From an uncultured Holophaga sp. (lineage in GTDB: Bacteria; Acidobacteriota; Holophagae; Holophagales; Holophagaceae): a DNA stretch of 64,000 nt. The stretch lies in contig OY761614.1 in NCBI GenBank assembly GCA_963664825.1, forward strand, positions 3,104,001-3,168,000, in the 5' to 3' direction. A program made the translations under genes and the position numbers. This document shows, piece after piece, positions 1 through 14,136 of the stretch (position 1 is the stretch's first letter; each line of letters opens with the position of its first letter). The notes under the pieces are model-generated. The model was not told where the DNA came from. It saw nothing but the letters and a program-made list of their open reading frames with translations, and ran no database searches.

Positions 1-1
1 T

Positions 2-343
2 CAGTTCAATGTAACCCACAAGGATAAGAGCTACACCGTATCCACGGATGGCGTCCACATTTTTTTCGATAACAAGGTTGTATATTATTCCAGGGCTCTG
101 AATCGCTTCGAACGCAACCTGCTTTTGGATCGTACCGTCATGCTGCAATACCAGACCATGGACGCCTTCGTTCACCTGGCCTTCGCGGTACTGCGCGCTC
201 TTCCAGAACTCGGAACCCCGCTCCTGAGCTATCGAAATAACGAATTCTACTTTGGCGCGGAAGGCCTGGACGTGGGGATCCCCGAACAGGGGCCCAACCT
301 CATGATCGGCGCCTACAAGGTCCAGATGGGGAAAGCCAAATAG
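2..343 (+). CDS. 3' part of a hypothetical protein, truncated by the window start
   Basis: Frame 2 is open from base 2 (QFNVTHKDKSY...) through ORF 125..343 to the TAG; no recognisable motif. Confidence 0.6.
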   Translation, partial: QFNVTHKDKSYTVSTDGVHIFFDNKVVYYSRALNRFERNLLLDRTVMLQYQTMDAFVHLAFAVLRALPELGTPLLSYRNNEFYFGAEGLDVGIPEQGPNLMIGAYKVQMGKAK

Positions 344-359
344 AAGCCTGATTTCCGGG

Positions 360-818
360 TCACCAGCCCCGGGTCTGTCTCAGGGCCTCATAGAGCACCA
401 CGGCGGCCGCCTGGGCCTGGTTGAGGCTGCGGTGGAAATCTCCGGGCATGGGGATCTTCACGAGCCGTTCGGGGTAGGCGGCCAATATCTCGGGGGGAAG
501 GCCCTTGGTCTCCCGGCCCAGGACGATGCCATCCCCATCCTCGAAGGGGACCTGGGTGTGCCTGCGCTCGCCCTTGGTGGTGGTGAACCAGAGACGCTTG
601 GCGGGGTTGCGGGCCAGGAAGTCCTCCCAGTCCTGGTAGTGGGTGGGCGCCAGCTTCTCCCAGTAGTCCAGGCCCGCCCGTCTCAGGTAGTAGTCCGAGG
701 TATCGAAACCCAGCGGGTGGATCAGGTGCAGCTGGGAGCCGGTGCAGACGCAGAGCCTCCCGATGCTGCCGGTGTTCTGGGGGATCTCGGGTTGATGCAA
801 GATGACGTGAAAGGGCAT
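360..818 (-). CDS. trmL: tRNA (cytidine/uridine(34)-2'-O)-methyltransferase, SPOUT family
   Basis: HQPEIPQNTGSIGRLC, RRAGLDYW, GRETKGLP and RSLN motifs; start set at MPFHVIL. Confidence 0.92.
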   Translation of the reverse strand: MPFHVILHQPEIPQNTGSIGRLCVCTGSQLHLIHPLGFDTSDYYLRRAGLDYWEKLAPTHYQDWEDFLARNPAKRLWFTTTKGERRHTQVPFEDGDGIVLGRETKGLPPEILAAYPERLVKIPMPGDFHRSLNQAQAAAVVLYEALRQTRGW

Positions 819-865
819 GAGCCTTGTCTTTCCTGTGGAGCCTGATCCCATGAGGTCAAACGAGA

Positions 866-6340
<5,475 letters not shown>

Positions 6341-6922
6341 ATCCTTCAACTCCTTCTCCACGAGGGTCCTTGAGGGATGATCACCTGGAGGACCTGGGAG
6401 CACGATGTCCTTTTGTGGAATGGCCGCTCCTGCCCAAGGCTAAAAGAGGAAAGGGGTTTTCACGCCTGCGCGGGACCCTTCAGGGGCTTGATATCCACGG
6501 ATATTCACAATCTTGAAAGTAAAAAACAATCACGGAAACCCGAGGACGCCTTGCCCGGATTGCCTTAAGTTAAGCTCTCCAAGCTTCGCCGCCCGCAGAT
6601 GTCCAGCGCGGTCAGGTATTGGCTATTCTTCAGACTCACGAGCCTTCCGGGGTGAGCCGGATTCCCTTTTCAGTCCTGAGAAGAATCAGGACGCTGACAA
6701 TCAATCAGTTTTGAACAATGCCCTGCTTGCTGTCAAGCCAGGGCCTCCCTGGCGGGGCATTCCTTCGCTGAGGTTGGCCTGGGCCTTGGTCTTTGTCTGC
6801 TTGGGCCCCTCGGGCAGCCGTTGCCAGCTTGGGGCTGCTTCCCCCTGTAAGGGCCTCGCATTGTGTGGTATAAATTCAGGTTTCTTTCGGGCAGATCGAA
6901 TGCTTTTCTCATAGGAACCTCC

Positions 6923-8254
6923 ATGAACAGATCCCGCACCCTGGCCAGGGTCGTGCTGTTGGCCGCGCCCCTGCTGGCCCAGACGCTCTCGGCCCAGGCC
7001 TTTCCGGTGAAGACCCAAACCCTGAAAAACGGGATGAAGATCCTCGTGCAGGAGGACCATGGCATCCCCAACGTGGCCCTCTACACCTTCTACCGCATCG
7101 GTTCGCGCAACGAGCGGCCCGGGACCACGGGCATCTCCCACTTCTTCGAACACATGATGTTCAACGGCGCGAAGAAATTCGGCCCGGGCCAGTTCGATCG
7201 CGTGATGGAGGGCTTCGGCGGCAATAACAACGCCTACACCTCCCAGAACGTCACGGTCTACCAGGACTGGTTCCCCTCAGGGACTGCCAATCTGGAGAAG
7301 ATCTTCGATATGGAGGCCGATCGCATCCGGGATCTGGCCTTCGATCCCAAGATGATCGAATCCGAACGCGGCGTGGTCGCCAGCGAACGGCGCATGAGCG
7401 TGGAGAATTCCAATGACGGGATCCTGGATGAGCAGCTCCACGCCACCGCCTTCACCGCCCATCCCTACATGTGGCCGGTGCTGGGCTGGATGAGCGATAT
7501 CCAGGGCTGGAAGCTGGAGGATCTCAAGAACCACTGGCGCATGGGCTATGCCCCCAATAACGCCACCCTGATCGTGGTGGGGGACGTGCAGGCCGAGGAG
7601 GTCTTCCGTCTGGCCCAGAAGCACATCGAGCCGATTCCGGCCCGGGAGCTGCCCCCCCAGGTCCTCACCCAGGAGCCCGAGCAGAAGGGGGAACGGCGCC
7701 TCATCGTGCATAAGGCCGCCCAATTGCCCCTGCTGCTGGCCGCCTACCATGTGCCCCAGACCCGCCATCCGGACACCTACGCCCTGCAGATCCTCACCCA
7801 TATCCTGAGCGGGGGCGAGAGCGCCCGCCTCCAGCGCCGCCTCGTGGACCGGGACCAGTTGGCCATCGAGATCAGCGGCGGCGGCAACATGGACTTCGAT
7901 CCGGGCCTGTTCATCTTCAGCGTCCAGCCCCGGGCGGGCATTGCCCCCACCGCCTGCGAGAAGGCCCTGTACGAGGAACTGGCCCGCCTGGCGGCTGAGC
8001 CGGTCACCCCCTCCGAACTCGCCAAGGCCAAGAACATGGCGCTCATGGGCCTCTTCCAGGAGCTGAAGACCATCAATGGCCGGGGGAACGCCCTGGGCAC
8101 CTTTGAGCTCTTCTTCGGCGATTACGCCCAGCTGTTCCAGGCTCAGGAATCCATGGACAGGGTCAGCGCCGCCGATATCCAGCGGGTGGCCCGCAGGTAT
8201 TTCAGCGCCGATAACCGCACCGTGGCCACGCTGATGCCCGAGGAGACGAAATGA
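6923..8254 (+). CDS. M16B zinc peptidase, catalytic subunit, with signal peptide
   Basis: Inverted zinc motif HFFEH (7139-7153), NAYT and ERGVVASERR; hydrophobic N-terminus ending in AQA. Confidence 0.9.
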   Translation: MNRSRTLARVVLLAAPLLAQTLSAQAFPVKTQTLKNGMKILVQEDHGIPNVALYTFYRIGSRNERPGTTGISHFFEHMMFNGAKKFGPGQFDRVMEGFGGNNNAYTSQNVTVYQDWFPSGTANLEKIFDMEADRIRDLAFDPKMIESERGVVASERRMSVENSNDGILDEQLHATAFTAHPYMWPVLGWMSDIQGWKLEDLKNHWRMGYAPNNATLIVVGDVQAEEVFRLAQKHIEPIPARELPPQVLTQEPEQKGERRLIVHKAAQLPLLLAAYHVPQTRHPDTYALQILTHILSGGESARLQRRLVDRDQLAIEISGGGNMDFDPGLFIFSVQPRAGIAPTACEKALYEELARLAAEPVTPSELAKAKNMALMGLFQELKTINGRGNALGTFELFFGDYAQLFQAQESMDRVSAADIQRVARRYFSADNRTVATLMPEETK

Positions 8255-9654
8255 TGAGCCATCTGCGCACCTTGGCGAGGGTCTGCCTCCTGGGCGTTCT
8301 ATTCCAGGGCCTCCAGGCTGGGGAGCCCGGCGTGAGGCTACCGGCCTATACGAAGACCGTCCTGAATAACGGGATGACCGTGCTCTTCATGGAACAGCCC
8401 CAGGTGCCCCTCGTGGCCCTGCATCTGGCGCTGCGTTCGGGCTCCACCCAGGATCCGGAAGGCAAGGCAGGCCTCGCCTCCCTTACCGCCGAGCTCCTGC
8501 GCAAGGGCACCCGGACCCGCAGCGCCGACCAGATCTCCGAAGCCCTGGATGCCGTGGGGGCCAATAGTGGCGCCCGAGCCAGCCTGGACTTCAGCACCTG
8601 CAGGGCCGAATTCATGAAGAAGGATATCCAGGGCGGCCTGGAGCTATTCGCCGATATGGTCATGAACCCCGTCTTCCCCGATGCCGAGGTGCAGAAGCTG
8701 CGCGCCCAGCATATCGATGAAGCGCGCGCCGCCAAGGACGACGCCCAGGAGGTCATCGGCGACTACTTCAGCGGTTTTCTCTTCGGAACCCATCCCTATG
8801 GCCGGTCTTCGAAGGGGGACGAACGCTCCCTTGGGGGCCTCACCCGCCAGGATGTGGTGGCCTTCCATGCCGCCCACTACACCCCTGCCAACGCCATCCT
8901 GGTGGTGGTGGGCGATTTCAAGACCTCCGAGATGGAAAAACGGGTGACCGAATGCTTCGGCGCCTGGAAGGCTCTCGCTAGTCCCGTGCGGAGGGAGCTG
9001 CCCCAACCTAGCCCTGTGCAGGGGCGCAGGCTCCTCCTGGTGGACAAGCCCGATGCCACCCAGACCTATTTCATGGTCGGCAGCGTGGGCCTGGCCCGGG
9101 ATAACCCCGATGCCGTGCCGGTCCAGGTGGTCAACGTGCTCTTCGGCGAGCGCTTCACCTCCATGATCAATACCGCGCTGCGCATCAAGTCCGGCCTCAC
9201 CTATGGGGCTTCCTCCCGCTTCAGCCTGCATCAGGTGCCTGGACGCTTCGCCATCAGCAGCTTCACGGCCAACGCCACCACGGGAAAGGCCCTGGATCTG
9301 GCCCTGGCCACGCTGAAGGAACTCCACGAAAAGGGCATCACGGAGGCCGATCTCGCCTCGGCCAAGGCCTACATCAAGGGCACCCTACCGCCCAAGCTGC
9401 TGGAGACGGGGGAGCAACTGGCCAATCTGCTCGCCGAACTCCAGCTCTACCGGCGGCCCGATCGTGACGTGAACGCCTTCTTCGCCAAGGTGGACGCCAT
9501 GACATTGGCCGATGCCAAACGAATCATCGAGGCCTATTACCCCGAGAAGGAGCTCTGTTTCGTCCTCATCGGCAAGGCCAGCGAGATCCGGCCCCAGGTG
9601 GAGAAATTCGCAACCCAGATCACCCTTCGGAGTATTTCCGAACCGGGATTCTAA
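8251..9654 (+). CDS. M16B peptidase, non-catalytic partner subunit
   Basis: M16-type sequence without HxxEH; has the R-Y pair (LRIKSGLTYG); ATGA overlap with the upstream gene. Confidence 0.88.
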   Translation: MMSHLRTLARVCLLGVLFQGLQAGEPGVRLPAYTKTVLNNGMTVLFMEQPQVPLVALHLALRSGSTQDPEGKAGLASLTAELLRKGTRTRSADQISEALDAVGANSGARASLDFSTCRAEFMKKDIQGGLELFADMVMNPVFPDAEVQKLRAQHIDEARAAKDDAQEVIGDYFSGFLFGTHPYGRSSKGDERSLGGLTRQDVVAFHAAHYTPANAILVVVGDFKTSEMEKRVTECFGAWKALASPVRRELPQPSPVQGRRLLLVDKPDATQTYFMVGSVGLARDNPDAVPVQVVNVLFGERFTSMINTALRIKSGLTYGASSRFSLHQVPGRFAISSFTANATTGKALDLALATLKELHEKGITEADLASAKAYIKGTLPPKLLETGEQLANLLAELQLYRRPDRDVNAFFAKVDAMTLADAKRIIEAYYPEKELCFVLIGKASEIRPQVEKFATQITLRSISEPGF

Positions 9655-9676
9655 GACCCCGGGGGGGCCTCCGCGC

Positions 9677-9766
9677 CTTGAAACCAATGTGGGTCCCATT
9701 CCGGGCACCGAAGCCATCCTCCTTTGCGACACGGTGTTGCTCTCCATCGGCCTCATCCCTGGGAAC
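9677..9766 (+). pseudogene. ~30-codon remnant of an NAD(P)/FAD-dependent oxidoreductase
   Basis: Intergenic frame reads PIPGTEAILLCDTVLLSIGLIP, with the same spacing as IPGTEQTFQCDTVLVAVGLEP at 40371-40433; no start codon or SD of its own. Confidence 0.6.
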
Positions 9767-9855
9767 GGACCTCCTGCAAGATTCCCATCGTGGCCAGCGG
9801 GAACGTGGCACGGGAAGATGTCTTTCCTGAAGCCTCAAGCCGCCCCTGAGGCGCC

Positions 9856-10830
9856 TCACATGCCCAGGGGCATGCCCAGGGCGTCGGCCACCTGGGGCCA
9901 GGCGTTTTCGGGGATGCGGAAGGTCATGGGCTGCACGCCAGGGTGTTCGCGCCAGGGCTCCTGCAGGTTGCCCCAGACCCGGGGTGACAGAAAGAGTGTC
10001 GGAGCGCCCTTCTGCGGGGTTCCCTGGCTAAGGGCGGCTGCGAGGGCCCTTTCGGGCTCGTCGGTGATGAGCGTCCTCACCTTCACGCCCGGCACTAGGC
10101 GGGCGGCATCCTCGGCGATATGAGTGGCCATTTGGCTCTCCCGCTCCAACAGCAGCATCTCCCCCTGGCCGGAGGAGAGGGCCTCCAGGATGCTGGGGGA
10201 GATTTCGATGGGGATGGCCTCGACCCTGAGGCGTTTGGGTTCGGCGAGGCCCCGCAATTCTTCGATGTGGAAGGCCGTCGTGAGTAGAACCCGCACATGC
10301 CCTGGGACCCGGGCCCGGCGTCCCCCGATCTGCCCGGTGCTCAGGGCCAGGACCGGCACCTCGAAGTGTTGTGAGACCTCCCGGGCATGAAGGCTGGCCT
10401 GGTATTCCGTGCATTCGGCAAAGGCGAATTCGGGTGCCTCTCGGCTTCGGATCTCCTCGATCTGGGCCAGGTAGCGAAGCACGCCCAGGGTGGAGAGTTC
10501 CAGATCTTCGTCGATGAGTTCGACCACCTTCCGGTGGAGATGCTCCAGTTCGTGGCGATGCCGGGCCAGGTGTGATAGGCCATCCCGGCCCACAACGAAG
10601 GTGCCGGACTTGGGGCGCGACTCCACCAGTCCCATCTCCTCCAGCCTGCGATAGGCCTTCTGGACGGTCAGGTGATTGACCCCCCACAGTTCTTCGGCGG
10701 CCCGGATGGACGGCAGGCGCTCTCCCGCCTTCCATTTGCCTGTGGCGATGAGATACACGCAGTGGCGGGAGATCGCGCCGGCCTTGCCTTCGGGATCACT
10801 AAGGGAGGTGGAACGGGAGATCTTTAGCAT
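9856..10830 (-). CDS. GntR-family transcriptional regulator with a long C-terminal effector domain
   Basis: wHTH GERLPSIRAAEELWGVNHLTVQKAYRRLEEMGLVESRPKSGTFV; GGAG SD. Confidence 0.88.
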   Translation of the reverse strand: MLKISRSTSLSDPEGKAGAISRHCVYLIATGKWKAGERLPSIRAAEELWGVNHLTVQKAYRRLEEMGLVESRPKSGTFVVGRDGLSHLARHRHELEHLHRKVVELIDEDLELSTLGVLRYLAQIEEIRSREAPEFAFAECTEYQASLHAREVSQHFEVPVLALSTGQIGGRRARVPGHVRVLLTTAFHIEELRGLAEPKRLRVEAIPIEISPSILEALSSGQGEMLLLERESQMATHIAEDAARLVPGVKVRTLITDEPERALAAALSQGTPQKGAPTLFLSPRVWGNLQEPWREHPGVQPMTFRIPENAWPQVADALGMPLGM

Positions 10831-10932
10831 TCGTGCTCCGGTTCAAACTAAACTAAAAAACAGCACAGATAGTATTGCTCACTGTAGCATGGTTGGAACC
10901 CCAGAGGGTTCTCGGCCGCTCCGGAGGAAACG

Positions 10933-13167
10933 ATGCACCTTGGATTTGTTCCCTATGCCCTGGTTGTCATGGCCACCCTGCCCATTCCGGCTCAGTCCCT
11001 TCAGGACGCCAGGGGGGCCCTGGCGGTCCACGATCTTCAGAAGGGAGGGGCCATTCTGCAGCAGCTCGTGGCGGGTTCCCCGCGACCCGAGGATCGGGCC
11101 GAAGCGCAGCGTCTGTTGGCTCGCCTGGATTGGTGGTTCTACGCCCGGCCTGAGGCCGCCCGAGAACGCCTCCTGAAGGCCATCGACGGGGGCGTGGAGG
11201 TCCCTGGGCTCCTGTGTGAGCTGGGCACCCTGGAAAACCATCTCGGACGCGGTCCTGAGGCCCAGGCAACTGCCCGAAGAGCCATCCAGGCTTCAACCAG
11301 AGCCCCTGATCGTGGAAAGGCTCAGCTCGTCTGGGTCGAAGGGGTGGTTTCGGAAGCCCAGGGCGCCCTCCTAAGAGGCCAGCCCGTGGCTGATGCCAAG
11401 GGCCTGCAGGAGGTGGTGGCCCTGTTGCGGGAGCGGATGGTCGAGGAACCGGGGGTGTTGAAGATTGCCCGCCCCCTATTCGCAGCGGCCCTGATGCTGG
11501 GGGATGGCCCCACGGCCTGGCAGGCATGGCAGGCCTATTTCCACGCCGTGCCCGGCGCGCCGGTTCCAAACCTGGTCCAAAAGCCCATGGCCGTGCTCCG
11601 GGGAATCCTGCCCACCTGGAAGGGCGGCCCGCTCCCCAGCGACCAGGCTGCAGCCCTGGTCCAGGCGCTCAGTGATTCTCGTTTCTTCCTGGAAGCGGCT
11701 GTCTTACTGGGAGATCCCGCCCGGCCCCAGGCTCTGCGCCATTCCTTTGCCCCGCTCCTGGCCTACCAGGATTTCCTCCACAGGGTGGGGACCATGGCCG
11801 ATGACTACTACCGGAAAACAGCCTTGGGGAAGGGTTCCAAGGAGGATTTCCTCCGTGGCTGGGTGGAGGAGTTGCGCGCTCATTGGGGCGCTCTTGGGCT
11901 GCCCGGGACCCCTGAAGGCAAGGGCCTTGCGGAGCTGGGAACCCTTGCGTATCCGACCCTGGAGGCCCGGTACGGAACCCTGATCAATCTCGGCAATACT
12001 TCCGGCTACTTCGATCTGCATCTGGGCCATCGCATCACAGACGAGCGGCAGACGATCAATCAGTACGGAAAGACCGCCCAGGTCCGCTACCAGGTGCTCG
12101 ACACCATGATCTCCAACGGCTTCCAGTCCTGGGCCTGGTGCTATGAAATGCAGCACGGGGGCTGGAGCAGTGGGAATACCATCACCAGCGTGCGCGGGGA
12201 TGTGGCCGGTGGCAGCCTCGCGCTGCTGCGCAAGGCGGTCGATCCCGCGGAACGCAAGACTTGGGATGCGGAGATCGCCCGGGAGAGCCTGGCCGACGAA
12301 CAGCGGGCCGCCCAGAATCCCTGCGCCTTCCTGCCGGGGCTGGCGGGTCGCCTCGAGCGCAGTGTCCTGGTGGAAATGCTGGCCGAACTCGACCGGAAGG
12401 GCATTCAGGAGCCCGGAGCGCGCCGCTTGGCCTTCCTGGCCGAGAGGGAACGGGAGCTGGAAGCTAGCACGATCTTCTCCCACGAGGGGCGCCACGCCAT
12501 CGATAAGGCCATGGGCATCCAGGATGGAGCCACCCTGGAATTCCGAGCCAAGCTCTCCGAAATCGCCTTCTCCCGGCATCCCAAGCTGATGTTCGGCCAG
12601 GTTCACAATTCGCTGTTGGGGGATTCCACCCCCCATGGCCAGGGCAATCTGAGGATCGTGAAGGGCGTCCTGGCCTGGATGGAGGCCCACAGGGCCGAGC
12701 TCCAGGGCTTCGACCCCCGGCGTCCTACCCTTCCCCAGCTGGATTTGCTCACCGATGAACAACTGCGCAGGGCCGTCTGCGCCATGGACACGCTGCCGAC
12801 GGAAAGGATGAAGCCACCCATCGGCCCCTTCCTGGATTCCCTCCTGGAGAAGGAGGGAATCCAGGCAGCCCTCACGACCTATCGGCGCCTGAGGCAGGAA
12901 CAGCCGGAGACCTACACCTGGAGCGCCGGCCAGCTCAACGAGCTGGGCTACAACCTGATGGAGCGCAACCGCCTGGACGATGCCCTGGAGATCTTCAAGC
13001 TATGCACCGAGGCCTATCCCACCAACGTCAACGCCCACGATTCCCTGGGCGAAGCCTATGGGATCAAGGGGGACAAGGCCAGGGCCATCGCCGCCTATGA
13101 AAGGGCTCTGCAACTCGATCCCACCTGGGCCTCCGCCATCAAGGCGCTGGAGACGCTCCGAAAATGA
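10933..13167 (+). CDS. Secreted TPR-repeat protein with HExxH motif, putative metallopeptidase
   Basis: Signal peptide; N- and C-terminal TPR-like repeats (NAHDSLGEAYGIKGDKARAIAAYERALQLDP); HEGRH at 12481-12495; GGAGG SD. Confidence 0.7.
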   Translation: MHLGFVPYALVVMATLPIPAQSLQDARGALAVHDLQKGGAILQQLVAGSPRPEDRAEAQRLLARLDWWFYARPEAARERLLKAIDGGVEVPGLLCELGTLENHLGRGPEAQATARRAIQASTRAPDRGKAQLVWVEGVVSEAQGALLRGQPVADAKGLQEVVALLRERMVEEPGVLKIARPLFAAALMLGDGPTAWQAWQAYFHAVPGAPVPNLVQKPMAVLRGILPTWKGGPLPSDQAAALVQALSDSRFFLEAAVLLGDPARPQALRHSFAPLLAYQDFLHRVGTMADDYYRKTALGKGSKEDFLRGWVEELRAHWGALGLPGTPEGKGLAELGTLAYPTLEARYGTLINLGNTSGYFDLHLGHRITDERQTINQYGKTAQVRYQVLDTMISNGFQSWAWCYEMQHGGWSSGNTITSVRGDVAGGSLALLRKAVDPAERKTWDAEIARESLADEQRAAQNPCAFLPGLAGRLERSVLVEMLAELDRKGIQEPGARRLAFLAERERELEASTIFSHEGRHAIDKAMGIQDGATLEFRAKLSEIAFSRHPKLMFGQVHNSLLGDSTPHGQGNLRIVKGVLAWMEAHRAELQGFDPRRPTLPQLDLLTDEQLRRAVCAMDTLPTERMKPPIGPFLDSLLEKEGIQAALTTYRRLRQEQPETYTWSAGQLNELGYNLMERNRLDDALEIFKLCTEAYPTNVNAHDSLGEAYGIKGDKARAIAAYERALQLDPTWASAIKALETLRK

Positions 13168-13183
13168 CATGGTCTGGCAGGTC

Positions 13184-14050
13184 TCATAAGAACCGCAGGG
13201 CTCTCCCCTCGGGCGCGAAGCCATGGCGCACGGCCTTCTCGAAGAAGAGGGCTAGGCTCTTCTGCTCGGCCTCCCCCAGGTGGTAGCTGATATTTTCCGT
13301 GAGGTATTCCCGGAGTTCCAGCTTGGTCCAGCCGATGGTGTGCCAGGCTTCGTCGATGATGGCCGTGAGGTGCTCCTGGCCCATTTCCAGGCTCTTGTGG
13401 AAGAAGGGGGCCACGCCGCCGGGGAGGAGACCTGCGCCCATGCCCTGGGCGGGGCCAGTCGGGCACTCCGGGCGGAGATGCACCCTCAGCTCCGGCGCTT
13501 CTTCTCGCACCATCCAGAGGGCGAAGACGAAGGGCAGGCCCGTCCAGGCGTGCCATTCCTCCGCCAGGTCCAGGACGATGAGGCCCTCCTTCCGGGCCCT
13601 CATGGCGGGATCCCCGATCACCAGCGCCGCATCGCACTGCTCCAGCATGGCCGTCAGATCCGGGCCCATGGCGCGGGTCTCGGGGCAGGTGTCGTAGCGC
13701 TCCCGCAGCAGGATCTGACCCAGCACCACCGAACTGCGGCTCGAGGTGTCCAGGGCCAGGCTGCGGATCTTTTCGGGAGGCACCTTGGAGAGGATCATCA
13801 CGCTGCGGACCCGTTTGGGGGAGGCGATGCAGAGCCCGGGCACGATGCAGAGGCCCGGAATGCGCAGGAACTCGATGGAGCTGATGAGGCCCGCGTCCAC
13901 CTCGCCGGTCCTGAGCTGATCGGCGCAGGCCGAGGGCACCTGGAACTTCAGGTGGAAGTGTTCGAAACCCAGGCCCCGCTTGAATCCGTAGTTGAGAGGG
14001 GCCGAGTTGAGGTAGTCGATGATGGAGATGCGGAAGGGAAGGGCGGTCAT
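13184..14050 (-). CDS. mqnA: Chorismate dehydratase (futalosine menaquinone pathway)
   Basis: YLNSAPL, SSRSSV, ALVIGDPA and DLAEEWHAWTGLPFVFALW motifs. Confidence 0.9.
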   Translation of the reverse strand: MTALPFRISIIDYLNSAPLNYGFKRGLGFEHFHLKFQVPSACADQLRTGEVDAGLISSIEFLRIPGLCIVPGLCIASPKRVRSVMILSKVPPEKIRSLALDTSSRSSVVLGQILLRERYDTCPETRAMGPDLTAMLEQCDAALVIGDPAMRARKEGLIVLDLAEEWHAWTGLPFVFALWMVREEAPELRVHLRPECPTGPAQGMGAGLLPGGVAPFFHKSLEMGQEHLTAIIDEAWHTIGWTKLELREYLTENISYHLGEAEQKSLALFFEKAVRHGFAPEGRALRFL

Positions 14051-14136
14051 GGAGAAAGTGTACTCCCGCCCGGGTTTCCCTTTTCCTCCTGAAGGGAATC
14101 CCCTTCCCGTGGGAAACTGGAGGGCTAGGAGTTTTC

